Shown: positions 21,845-32,889 of the stretch, piece after piece
Layout: each line of letters starts with the position of its first letter
How positions within the stretch are numbered: the stretch's first letter is position 1
From: Octopus bimaculoides
Taxonomy: Eukaryota
Assembly (NCBI RefSeq): GCF_001194135.2
Contig: NC_068991.1
Location: forward strand, 59,296,550 to 59,329,438
Direction: 5' to 3'
Length of the DNA: 32,889 bases
Notes under the pieces: generated by a model
What the model was told of the DNA's origin: nothing
Database searches by the model: none
The model's input: only the letters and a program-made list of their open reading frames with translations
Made by a program: the position numbers and the translations under genes

Positions 21845-21950
21845 CTCTCAACATCGCTTGACAACCGATGCTGGTGTGTTTAGGTCCCCGTAACTTAGCG
21901 ATTCGGCAAAAATAGACCGATAAAATAAGTACTAGGTTTACAAAGAATAT
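21845..21950 (+). mobile_element. SINE family B, central module
   Basis: CAACATCGCTTGACAACCGATGCTGGTGTGTTTAGGTCCCCGTAACTTAGCGATTCGGCAAAAATAGACCGATAAAATAAGTACTAGG. Confidence 0.88.
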
Positions 21951-22552
21951 ATTTGTACTTGCATATATTCATGAATGTGTGTGTGTGTGTGTGAGTGCTC
22001 ATGCATGTATATAGATAATTAAAAATACATATGTATGCGTTTGTATATTTGTGTATAAATATTTGTACCTATATTTGTACGCCTATATTTGTATCTGACA
22101 GGCAGATAGACAGACAGATGCATACATGCATACATACATACATACATACATGCATACATACACAGATGTGCACACATACATATATATATATAAATCGATA
22201 AAAAGCAAGATGGTTGTTGTATTTAAATTCACCAATTCGGTCAGAGGATTTGCTTACGATATGGAATATTTAAATATTTAAATCTTGTTTTCTTCTATAT
22301 TCATCAGAATTAGGCTTATCAGAAAATATTTTTGTCATCTTTTACCTTTGGAACCAAAAATATGGTGATGCCGATGAAGGATGATGAGGCTAATACCTTA
22401 GATTGAATCTAGATGTTCTAAAACAACAAGTTATTATTGTATCTGTTTATGTGTTTATGAAGTTTAAAGAAGCGAAATTCATGAACCTATAAGGCAAAGG
22501 ACTGCTAGATCATGGATTTAGCTGTTGTTGTAGTTTTTGTTGTTATTGTGCA

Positions 22553-22845
22553 AAGGCGCGTGGTTTAGTGGTTAGGGTATTCGCTCAAAATAGTAAGTTC
22601 GAGAGTTCGATTCCTGACAGCACCTTCAGTCTTTGGGCAAGACACTTTATTTCACATTGCTCCAGTCCACTCAGCTGGCAAAAATGAGTTGTACCTGTAA
22701 TTCAAAGGGCTAGTCTTGTCGCATTCTGCGTCACACTGAATCTCCCCGAGAACTACGTAATGGGTACACGTGTCTGTGGAATGCTCAGCCACTTACACGT
22801 TAAGTTCCTGAGCAGGCTGTTTCGTTCACCGGATCAAGTAGGAGT
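22553..22845 (+). mobile_element. tRNA-derived SINE family C, near full length
   Basis: A-box TGGTTTAGTGG at 22561, B-box GAGTTCGATTCC at 22603, then TTGGGCAAGACACTTTATTTCAC...CTCAGCTGG, which resembles the CORE domain. Confidence 0.9.
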
Positions 22846-22869
22846 GGTGGTGATGCTGGTGGTTGATTG

Positions 22870-23055
22870 GCTCCGGATCAGCCCCGATCGAATAATCCTA
22901 TCATCAAAGTAACCCAGCCATGAACAACCCTTCTTTTGTTTAAGACACAATAAATATATGTCAAGAAACACAATATTCTATAATTTCTTTTAAAGACTGT
23001 GTTGTATAAGCTACATTTGGCTACTATTTCTAACAAATCGGACGACCACACTGAA
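22870..23055. repeat. Interspersed repeat family E
   Basis: Partial inverted homology to 20105-20192; class not determined. Confidence 0.5.
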
Positions 23056-23890
23056 AGTGGTTTCAAGGATTTATGGCTGCTAGTTTTAACAAAGCCTATC
23101 TACCAGAGAAGCAGAGGCGTCTTCGTTTTGTGCAAAGACTTTGCTTGAAGTGTTGCATGATGGGAAATATTTCGCTTGCATTTTCGTTATTTCACAAAGG
23201 GGTGAAATCATTATTCATTTTCATATTAGGGTGCAAAATTAATAATTGTAACTGCTATTTCTTGCCGTAGCACGGGAACAAAGCCATACTCCATGCTAAT
23301 TTTGTTTTTTCCTCGCTGAAATAAAGTAGCGGTATTCGACATCAAAAGTGAATTTGTGGCATGTATTAGTTACTGATTCATTGATTAATCCCTTTCTCTC
23401 TTTATGACAAAATTTATGATGAAAATTACCACCGTCTATTAGGAAAGAAAAATAAGAAAATATTAACAAAAATTACGAAATAAGCGAACCACTTCCAGTT
23501 TAGGAAACTTCACAATCAATTAATTTACAAGACATTTTACTTTATGCCTGGTGATTTTCCTGCACATTTCCAAAGAAACGTTCTTGATTGGTTGAACAAG
23601 AAATTTTCTGCTTGTATGATTTCAAGAAAGCGGGAATATTGACTTGGTTAGTTTCCAAAATCACAGAATCTCACTGCACTGGGCTATGGCTTTTTTTTTT
23701 GTTCTGTGTTTTGTTTGTTTGGTTATTTTGTTGTTATTTTTTCTTGAGGGTATTCTCTAAAAGGGAAAAGGGATCGAAAATGATTTACAAAGTAGTCGAC
23801 AAAGGTTTATAAAGGGTCCTACGAAAGAAATATTCAATGCAAAGAAAGAAAAGGTCTTTGAAATAACTATTAATATTTAAATATTTACGA

Positions 23891-24105
23891 TGGGGTGAGC
23901 TGGCAGAATCATTAGCACAGAGGGGAAAATGGTTTGCGGCATTTCGTCAGTTTTTATGCTCTGAGTTCAAATTCCGCCGAGGTCGACTTTTCCTTTCATC
24001 CTTTCTGGGCCGATAAAATAAGTACCAATTTGACACTGGTGTCGACGTAATTGACTTATTTCTCTCTCTCCTGGAATTGCTGGCCTTGTGCCAAAATTTG
24101 AAATC
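23891..24105 (+). mobile_element. SINE family A with a 19-bp TSD (17/19 match)
   Basis: AATATTTAAATATTTACGA (23872-23890) versus AATATTTAATCATTTACGA (24106-24124); A-box at 23901, B-box at about 23963. Confidence 0.95.
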
Positions 24106-24302
24106 AATATTTAATCATTTACGAAACTAAAAGTTCTAGAAAAAGTTAAAGATTACAAACGACTTAATGTCTAAACAGATATAACTGGAGTAAGCAGACA
24201 CCCATTAAAACATCGTTTTATGTTTATTCTAACTTGTAAAGGTCTATATGCTTTATTAGTTGACATTTGTATGTTCCAGATTCTATATGTAACTGTTTAA
24301 TC

Positions 24303-24785
24303 ATGCCATGTACAAAAGAAGCCTTGTAACTGTCTGAATTTCAAAGAGGCCGTATTGTGGGTCATTCTGAAGGTGGACATAGTCAGCGTAATATCGCAGA
24401 AAAATTGGTATCCAGCTTTCTACAGTTAATAAAGTGATTGTGCAATTCACCAGAGAGGGGAAGGAGTCCACATCACCTCGCTCAGATCAACTAGGGCCCT
24501 CTGACAGGCCCCTTCTCTTTGCTAAGAGAAGTGTGGAGGATAAACCTCGTTGCAAGACCTCTGACATAGCAGAACAAGTTGATGTCAGTCCCAGAACAAC
24601 TGGGACATAATGGACAGGACACTTCATAAAAAGAACAAGAAATCATCTTCAAAATCTGATATTTTGAGATTACTGCATGAAACTTGGCAAGAAATTCCAC
24701 AAGAGAATATTCGTCATCTGATCAGTAACATACCAAATAGGGAGCTTGCATTGAAAAATACAAAGAGCATGCCTACTAAATATTA
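24303..24785 (+). pseudogene. Internally deleted Tc1-like transposase (HTH N-terminus joined to C-terminus; catalytic core absent)
   Basis: [39 protein letters not shown]...DVSPRTT is joined near 24600 to WDIMDRTL...LHETWQEIPQENIRHLISNIPNR...PTKY*. Possible degenerate termini near 24185 and 25115. Confidence 0.85.
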
Positions 24786-24819
24786 AATATTCAGTAAATA
24801 GAAGAGAAAAACAGGAAAA

Positions 24820-24950
24820 GAGGATTGCTCTGTGGCTAAGAACCTCACTTTGCGAGCAAATGGTTTTGGGTTCAGTACCATAGTGCAGTACTTGTGGCAA
24901 GTGTCTTGTACTATAACCCTGGACCGACCAATTCCTTGTGAGTAGGATCA
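24820..24950 (+). mobile_element. SINE family B, head fragment inserted in the Tc1 3' region
   Basis: TGCTCTGTGGCTAAG...GGGTTCAGTACC...GGCAAGTGTCTTGTACTATAACCCTGGACCGACCAATTCCTTGTGAGT. Confidence 0.85.
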
Positions 24951-25139
24951 AATATGTATCGAAAATCCCTTCAGTAGTCCAATGATGTTTAGTCTATGAA
25001 CAAAAAGGTACCAAGAAAAAGAGTGTACATTTTTAAAAGAGTAAAATTTTAATGGTATTTTATCTCATTTAGTCTTGGATTCAAAATGTCTGCTACCATG
25101 CAGAATACATATTCAACACCATTTTCACTTGTTAATATT

Positions 25140-26060
25140 GAGTCTTTCAAGAAAATATTGGATCAAATTTTCATTATTTCTTCCATTTAAATGCTCAATA
25201 TCTGCGCTTGCAGTTCAGTAGAACTGATCTCTAAAGCCCCGCCAAAGTAGAAATCCTAGGAACGAAGTCAAGCCTATTCCGTAACCAAAAGATCGACACA
25301 TTTCTACTCTCCCAATGTCTTAAAGATTGTACATTCACTCTTCGAACCCTCGAGTACGCTCTAGCAGGCGCGATTTCATTTTACTTATACTCTTGGGAGA
25401 CGCAAATGTTGGCGGTCTTCCTGGGTGTCAGTTAAATAAAATCGAATCCAATAAAGTGTAATGGCGGTTTTTAAGGAATAAAAAATTCTAGTATATCAAA
25501 ACCTCATTATAGGAGAGCACTATCGTGCTTTGGAATAGGACTCAAAGTAATGTCTAGTGCCAAAGCATTTTTCAAGACCCCTAGATAGAAAGCGTCTGTT
25601 ATGGGGATGTCAAATGACTATGGACCAAAAATACGCTATATTGTGTAATCTATAAAATTCGAAAACAGTGGCCATTGGCGATTGAATTCAACAAAATGTT
25701 TTGTGAGGATTTTCATAACTCCTTACACTACAATTGAATATCTTGTCAGCTCTTTCAAAATGAAAGGTAGCTATATCATTGAATAAAATTTCTCCAAGAT
25801 AGTCTATATCACTAACTTGCTTTTCATAGAATATAGAGAGCGCCTTTAATGCCGGTCGCAATAAATTGTTAGCGTGGTATTGCTCACAGAGAATGGTAGC
25901 AGATGGCTGTGTTCTACTGAGTCTGTTTCACTTTCCAAACCTTGGCAGGTCTTCAGCTGAGTCTGGACATTCACATTACTAGAAAGTTTCGAGAATGTTA
26001 ATATAACTACGAAGGATTCGATATCATTTGTTTCTAATTTCCATGTATTTTGACACGTAA
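25140..26060 (-). pseudogene. Heavily decayed IS630-Tc1-mariner transposase (rosa/maT-like motif set)
   Basis: Minus-strand fragments in the expected order: EILFNDIATFH, NCSVRSYENPH, GP*SFD..TDAFYLGVLKN, KHDSA, IGR...GLTSFLGFLLW..FRDQFY..DIEHL. These resemble ILFSDEATFH, NCRIWxxENPH, GPYFF..YL.ML, QHDGA, WIGR..DLTPLDFFLW..KD.VY. Confidence 0.62.
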
Positions 26061-26299
26061 CAATGCGTTATATTACGGCATGTTTAGGGCAATGAATATA
26101 TTTTGTTAATAATGTTTTGCTTAAATACAAATAATAATGCTTATCAAGAGATTCATTATACAGTACGACAGATAATATTAAAAGTATGGAAAAAGAGAAA
26201 AGGTAAAATAATCAAACAGAGAATTTTTTTTTTTTAAATAGAGAATTACAAAAAACCTTATATAGTATTCAAAAGCTGAAGGGACTTCTAGATCGTTCT

Positions 26300-26437
26300 C
26301 TATAATTTATGGATAAACATGCATGCATACACATACACTCACAAACATATATGTCTGTATGTATATACATACATACAAATATACATACATACAAATATAC
26401 ATGCGTACATACATATATACATACGCATACATAATAC

Positions 26438-26476
<39 letters not shown>

Positions 26477-26658
26477 NNNNNNNNNNNNNNNNNNNNNNNN
26501 NNNNNNNNNNNNNNNNNNNNNNNNNNNNNNNNNNNNNNNNNNNNNNNNNNNNNNNNNNNNNNNNNNNNNNNNNNNNNNNNNCAAGCATAATGCGCGTGCA
26601 ATACTGTGTTCTACCATTACGTAAATTACAAACATATATATACAAAATTATACATACA

Positions 26659-26696
<38 letters not shown>

Positions 26697-29000
26697 AACA
26701 TAGAAATATGCATACATACATGCATCTATAACGTGTGTTCATTCGTATATATGGGACTGTGTGTGCATGTGCTTAATTTCTGCAACACTTTCAGTCTTTC
26801 TATTCTGAGATGGTGGCATACACACACATATCAATAACAAAACGATACCTTGTTTTGTCCTCAGTGTTCTGGTGTTGTGTGGTGTGTCTAGTATTTGTAC
26901 TGCGTGTTTACACAGGTGTAATGGTGCATAGATATTGTAGCAGGGACCCTATATATATATGTATATATGTGGATACGTTAATATGTGTGTGTGCCTGTCT
27001 GAGCGCGCGCACGTGTGAGTGTGCGCAGGTGCGTGTCTGTGTGTGCATTCGTAGATGCACACAAACACGCATACATATATTTATATGTACACATACCGTA
27101 CACGTTTTTCCGTACATTTATATAAGCTTATCCACACACAATTACAGACAAAAGTGTGTATGTATAGATATATGTATGTATGTATGTATTGTAAAGTTTA
27201 CTGCTTCTCGTAAGCTTTACTATAAATATACGCTTATCACATGTATACGCATGAGTACACAAGACCTGCATANNNNNNNNNNNNNNNNNNNNNNNNNNNN
27301 NNNNNNNNNNNNNNNNNNNNNNNNNNNNNNNNNNNNNNNNNNNNNNNNNNNNNNNNNNNNNNNNNNNNNNNNNNNNNNNNNNNNNNNNNNNNNNNNNNNN
27401 NNNNNNNNNNNNNNNNNNNNNNNNNNNNNNNNNNNNNNNNNNNNNNNNNNNNNNNNNNNNNNNNNNNNNNNNNNNNNNNNNNNNNNNNNNNNNNNNNNNN
27501 NNNNNNNNNNNNNNNNNNNNNNNNNNNNNNNNNNNNNNNNNNNNNNNNNNNNNNNNNNNNNNNNNNNNNNNNNNNNNNNNNNNNNNNNNNNNNNNNNNNN
27601 NNNNNNNNNNNNNNNNNNNNNNNNNNNNNNNNNNNNNNNNNNNNNNNNNNNNNNNNNNNNNNNNNNNNNNNNNNNNNNNNNNNNNNNNNNNNNNNNNNNN
27701 NNNNNNNNNNNNNNNNNNNNNNNNNNNNNNNNNNNNNNNNNNNNNNNNNNNNNNNNNNNNNNNNNNNNNNNNNNNNNNNNNNNNNNNNNNNNNNNNNNNN
27801 NNNNNNNNNNNNNNNNNNNNNNNNNNNNNNNNNNNNNNNNNNNNNNNNNNNNNNNNNNNNNNNNNNNNNNNNNNNNNNNNNNNNNNNNNNNNNNNNNNNN
27901 NNNNNNNNNNNNNNNNNNNNNNNNNNNNNNNNNNNNNNNNNNNNNNNNNNNNNNNNNNNNNNNNNNNNNNNNNNNNNNNNNNNNNNNNNNNNNNNNNNNN
28001 NNNNNNNNNNNNNNNNNNNNNNNNNNNNNNNNNNNNNNNNNNNNNNNNNNNNNNNNNNNTATGAGTGCAGGCATATGTATATATATACATATGTATGCTT
28101 TTATATGTACATATATGTGTGTGTGTATATATGTACATATCTATATGTCTATTTGTGAATGTGTGTGTGCGTGTATATATGCGGGTGTGCACACACACAG
28201 ATTTTTACTATTGCACGCGCATGCATGTGTGTCTGTGTGTGTATATGTGTATATATGTACGCGTGTTTGTATACGTTTGTTTATGTGTACATGCATGTGT
28301 ATCCGTATTACGCATATAAACCAAAAGAACTCGAACGAGAAGAATCGGGAGTCAGGTAGAGTTTGTTGGAACAGTTAAAGAAATGATTGAAAAGATGTAA
28401 CTGGAAAGAAATACAGAGGTTACGAATTCCAAACGAGTTATGGGAATTTTTTTCGTTTGTTTCTTTATTTGTCTTCTGTGTTCTTGTGTTTTTCTCGTGA
28501 ATATATCTGATGTGTACGCTTAAGAATACATATTTATGCATTTGTGTGCCTATATATGTAAGTATTTGTAAGTGTGTTTGTGTGTATGTGTGTGTGCTTG
28601 TGTGTATATGTGTCTTCTCTACTCTTGTGATTTTCTTGTTTACACGCACGCACGCACACGCACACACGCACATGCACGCACACACAAATATATATATATA
28701 TATANNNNNNNNNNNNNNNNNNNNNNNNNNNNNNNNNNNNNNNNNNNNNNNNNNNNNNNNNNNNNNNNNNNNNNNNNNNNNNNNNNNNNNNNNNNNNNNN
28801 NNNNNNNNNNNNNNNNNNNNNNNNNNNNNNNNNNNNNNNNTATATGTATATATGTATGTGAGTGTATGTATATATATCTATATGCATGTATCTATGTATG
28901 TGAGTGTATGTATGAATGTATATCTGTATGTATGTATCTATGTATGTGTATGAATATATGTATGTGTCTATTGTACGTACGTGTTTGTGTATGTGTGTTC
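26300..29000. repeat. Extended degenerate (TA)/(TG)/(CA)/(TACA) field with three gaps
   Basis: Directly visible. Confidence 0.93.
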
Positions 29001-29489
29001 TGTTTTCGTTTGTTTGTGCATCAAGCTGCAATAATCTTTGTACGGAACGTTATTTTTTCGTCTCCATATTGTAAAGATTTCAATGTTTGTGTACTCTAAA
29101 ACTCCCAGATGGTCGTTGGTTGTTTCTTTATGCAAAGAAACTTTATTCTATATTTCAACTATCCAATGTTAGGTTTGAACCCGTGGAGACAGCAGAGGTG
29201 AGGCGGGCATTCAATAGAATGAAATATTAAAAGAATACGAGAAATTGATATATATAGAGAGAGGTTGGGTTAGAGTAGGGTTAAAAGAGAGAGAGAGAGA
29301 GAGGCAGACAGACAGACAGGCAGACAGAGAGTGAGATAAGGAAGGGGAGTGAGGGATGTGGAATTGTCTCGTGGTGTTGGTTGTGCACGATGAACGGTAA
29401 ACATTTGAGTCGTAGCTGTGGTTATTTGAAGACAATGCGAAAATGGATCAGGTCAATATAGTTTGGAAAAACGGGAAAGAAAGAAGGCA

Positions 29490-29502
29490 AGAAGAAAAAT
29501 TG

Positions 29503-29557
<55 letters not shown>

Positions 29558-29882
29558 AAGAAGAAGAAGAAGAAGAAGAAGAAGAAGAAAAAGAAGAAGA
29601 AAAAGAAGAAGAAAAAGAAGAAGAAAAAGAAGAAGAAGAAGAAGAAGAAGAAGCAGGATTGCGATGATGATGGTGATGGATAGAGACGACGATGACAGTG
29701 ATTATATCTCTTTCTTCCCATATAATTATTGATCTCTCGTATTACTGTTTTATGACAATAACAACCAAACCGACAACAATGGCGAACGTGAACACCTTTA
29801 ATAAAAACAATAAAAAAAAAAGAAAAGCGTACAGGAAATTCTAAAACGCAGAGAAATATTAAGTAAATAATATAATTGAAAT

Positions 29883-29938
<56 letters not shown>

Positions 29939-29940
29939 TT
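29490..29940. repeat. (GTA)n-(GAA)n compound repeat with GAAGAAGAAAAA 12-mers, and a second (GTA)n
   Basis: Directly visible at 29503-29653 and 29883-29937. Confidence 0.95.
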
Positions 29941-30222
29941 ATGCATGTAAAATGATATTGTGCGGGGGCGATGCGGGGTGTGGTACGGTTGGAAGGAGGG
30001 GTTTAGCTCTTCGTTGATATTTTGTTATGGGAATTAATACAAGTTTTTAAAAGAAAGAAGCGAGCGTGAAACGATAGAAAAATCCTGTGGTAAGCGGCAA
30101 AATAGCTGTTGGTTGACACGAGGGAGAGAGAGAGACACACACATACACACACAATGTTAGAAGACAGAGAGGCAGAGAGACTGATGTATACATATATACA
30201 CATACATACATACATGCATACA

Positions 30223-30254
<32 letters not shown>

Positions 30255-30704
30255 NNNNNNNNNNNNNNNNNNNNNNNNNNNNNNNNNNNNNNNNNNNNNN
30301 NNNNNNNNNNNNNNNNNNNNNNNNNNNNNNNNNNNNNNNNNNNNNNNNNNNNNNNNNNNNNNNNNNNNNNNNNNNNNNNNNNNNNNNNNNNNNNNNNNNN
30401 NNNNNNNNNNNNNNNNNNNNNNNNNNNNNNNNNNNNNNNNNNNNNNNNNNNNNNNNNNNNNNNNNNNNNNNNNNNNNNNNNNNNNNNNNNNNNNNNNNNN
30501 NNNNNNNNNNNNNNNNNNNNNNNNNNNNNNNNNNNNNNNNNNNNNNNNNNNNNNNNNNNNNNNNNNNNNNNNNNNNNNNNNNNNNNNNNNNNNNNNNNNN
30601 NNNNNNNNNNNNNNNNNNNNNNNNNNNNNNNNNNNNNNNNNNNNNNNNNNNNNNNNNNNNNNNNNNNNNNNNNNNNNNNNNNNNNNNNNNNNNNNNNNNN
30701 NNNN

Positions 30705-30746
<42 letters not shown>

Positions 30747-31385
30747 TCTTTGCTGTTTGTTACGAATGAAACGGTAGAGTTCCAAACAAATCCATCCTCA
30801 ATGTTTCTAGACTTACGCGTTCGAATCATCTGGATCAAGTGATCTTAGCGTAGACATGAGACGTTTTGCCACAGACGTTTTGGCGCCGCTTATATTGTGT
30901 CGCTGAGTCGACGCTTACTTATTTGACATCAGACACGTTATTGTTTCTCTCATTTCAATGCTTTACTCCCCCACTCTTCCTCTTTCTATCTATCTCTTTC
31001 TTCTTTTCTCTCTCTCTTTCTCTTTCTCTCACACTCTCTTTGTTCATGCGAGTGAACCCTTTAGCATTTATGTGCTTAGGGAGAAGGAAAATGTTAAAAT
31101 CTATCGTGTTCAGTTAATAAATTATGATATATTCCTCCCTCTCCTCTTTCTCCCTCTCTCTTTCCTTTATCTCTCTCCCCTTTATCTCTCTCTCTGTGTC
31201 TATCTATGTTTATGTGTGTGAGCATCTGTCTTTTTATGTGTATATGGAGATGAAAGGTGTTTATCATGTCTCCTTCTCCCTCCCCTCTCCCTCCCCGCTT
31301 TCCTCTCTTTCTCTCTCCTCTCCCACTCTCTCCCACTTTCACTCCTCCCTCTCTCTCAATCTATCTCTCTTTCTCCCACTCCCCC

Positions 31386-31416
<31 letters not shown>

Positions 31417-31530
31417 CATATCTTTCTCTGTTTATGTGTGTGAGTATATATCTGTTTATGTGTATGAAAAGTAGGAAAGTGTTTATGTCAATCGTTTTCA
31501 ATAAATAAGTTATCATATCTGCTTCCCTCT

Positions 31531-31786
31531 CGCTAGATCGTGGTTTCAATTCCTTGACCGGATGGTGCGTTTTGTTCCTGAACAAAACACTTCATCTCAA
31601 GTCACTCTGCGGTCACTTCGACACCTAACACGTGGTGCACCATGCACCAATTCAGACAACGTCGATTTGATGGAGAGATTGAGCTAATGTGCGGCACGAA
31701 CAATTAATCACTATAAACAAATCACGCGTGCAGGTCATTCGGCAAAAGCTGAACGCGCATACGTTGTCTTCGAGTGCAGAGTCCAT
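31531..31786 (+). mobile_element. 5'-truncated tRNA-derived SINE, family D
   Basis: B-box-like GGTTTCAATTCC at about 31542, then CORE-like TTCCTGAACAAAACACTTCATCTC, ending GAGTCC plus short CAT/ATT repeats. Single copy in the window. Confidence 0.65.
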
Positions 31787-31808
31787 CATCATAATTATTA
31801 TAACTCAT

Positions 31809-32010
31809 AAGCTGGTGAGCTGGCAGAATTGTTAGATGAAATGCTTAGCGGTATATCGTCTGCCGCTACGTTCTGAGTTCAAATTCTGCGGAGGTCGACT
31901 TTCATCCTTTCGGGGTCAATAAATTAAGTACCAGTTAAACATTGGGGTTGATGTAATCGACTAGTCCCGCCCTCAAAATTTCAGGCCGTGTACCTTTAGT
32001 TGAGAGGATT
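31809..32010 (+). mobile_element. SINE family A with ATT tail
   Basis: AAGCTGGTGAGCTGGCAGAATTGTTAG...GAGTTCAAATTC...GGGGTCAATAAATTAAGTACCAG...GAGAGGATTATTATT. Confidence 0.93.
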
Positions 32011-32317
32011 ATTATTATTACCAATATGTGTGTGTATTGTCTTCATACGTTAATATATTTTGTTAATTATTTGTTTGTTTATCACAACTGAGACACAAAC
32101 ATGGCCGTGTGGGTAAATAAATTAACGTCACTCCAATGTAAGAATTTGGACCAGATATCCAGAAGTTACTCTTTTACATGTTTCACTCATCTCCCGCCGA
32201 TATATTTATTGTGTTTCTAACACAGCACGTCCCTGAGACATGCCCTCTCAAGACAAATACCGAAGAAACTCATTTATCTATCGATGGGGTATAGAGATTA
32301 AGTATCACACTTTTTTT

Positions 32318-32500
32318 TTCACTTATTTCAGTCATTAGATTGTCGCATGCTGGAGCACTTCTTTAAGGAGTTTTTTGTTGAATGAATTAACCCCAGTACT
32401 TGTGTTTTTAAGCCTGATACCTATTGTGTGAATATCTTTTGCCGAACCGGTAAATTACGGGGATGTGAACACATCGACACAGGTTATCGAGCGTTAGTGT

Positions 32501-32504
<4 letters not shown>
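32318..32504 (-). mobile_element. SINE family B, 3' half running into (CA)n
   Basis: ACTTATTTCAGTCATTAG...CATGCTGGAGCAC...GCCGAACCGGTAAATTACGGGGATGTGAACAC. Confidence 0.85.
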
Positions 32505-32577
<73 letters not shown>

Positions 32578-32618
32578 GTACGTGTGATTGTGTGTGTATG
32601 TGTGTGTGTGTGTGTGTA

Positions 32619-32877
32619 TGGCATTCCTTCCATATAACTCGACAAAATCAAAATATTTCACTTGGGTTGTGGAATATAGATATAATGAAATTATGCCAGC
32701 AATGTCTCATTTTAAACTTGAAGAAAGAATGCCTTGCGTATTTGTTCTTATCTGCTTCATGTGTGTATGTAAATTCCGCAAATTTCCAAGCAGAAAACAG
32801 AATCGAACTGTCATTTGCTTCCACGGAAATACCCGGTGAAATGTTTTGATTTTGTCGAGTTATATTGAAGGAATGCA
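32619..32877. mobile_element. 259-bp MITE with 41-bp TIRs and flanking TA
   Basis: 32621-32661 GCATTCCTTCCATATAACTCGACAAAATCAAAATATTTCAC versus reverse complement of 32836-32876 (2 mismatches); TA at 32617-32618 and 32878-32879. Confidence 0.88.
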
Positions 32878-32889
32878 TAAATATATATA

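Noticed and set aside
22280-22310. Minus-strand CTGATGA...GAAA
   Set aside because: The intervening ATATAGAA cannot form helix II, and there is no helix I/III pairing.
22553-22620. Possible tRNA gene
   Set aside because: A and B boxes are present but the acceptor and anticodon stems are broken and it continues into a SINE body; same for the heads of families A, B and D.
23073-23270. 65-aa ORF MAASFNKAY...
   Set aside because: No recognisable motif; lies between interspersed repeats.
28330-28460. Minus-strand WNS*P..FFP, resembling a CR1/L2-group LINE C-terminus (a weaker echo at 10480-10540)
   Set aside because: Too short and degenerate to support without a profile search.
26269-30838. ORFs up to 522 aa (C/V/Y/M or H/T/I rich)
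   Set aside because: Dinucleotide repeats lack stops, and the ORF lengths are inflated by gaps.

Overview
Eukaryotic, AT-rich DNA made almost entirely of repeats, with 10 assembly gaps that mostly abut microsatellites. No host protein-coding gene can be supported; nearly every ORF in the supplied track is a translation of a microsatellite or an N-run. The repeat families match my recollection of octopus genomes (probably an Octopus scaffold; inference, not a database result). Main contents: 13 copies of one tRNA-headed SINE (family A here), all on the + strand, including two head-to-tail trimers set in (ATT)n tracts and two copies with clear target-site duplications. Four other SINE-like families (B-E) are present, and B carries an internal microsatellite. 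A near full-length Hsmar1-like mariner with 27-bp TIRs and TA TSD sits inside the ORF of an R4/Dong-clade non-LTR retrotransposon, and a second Dong-like zinc-knuckle fragment lies at 15.7-15.9 kb. There is also an internally deleted Tc1-like element, a decayed IS630-Tc1-mariner transposase, a 372-bp palindrome and a 259-bp MITE. The most unusual signal is a minimal type I hammerhead ribozyme motif of the Penelope-like/retrozyme kind (- strand, 10979-11013), with a possible second remnant cut by a gap at 12511. All translations, alignments and folds were done by eye.
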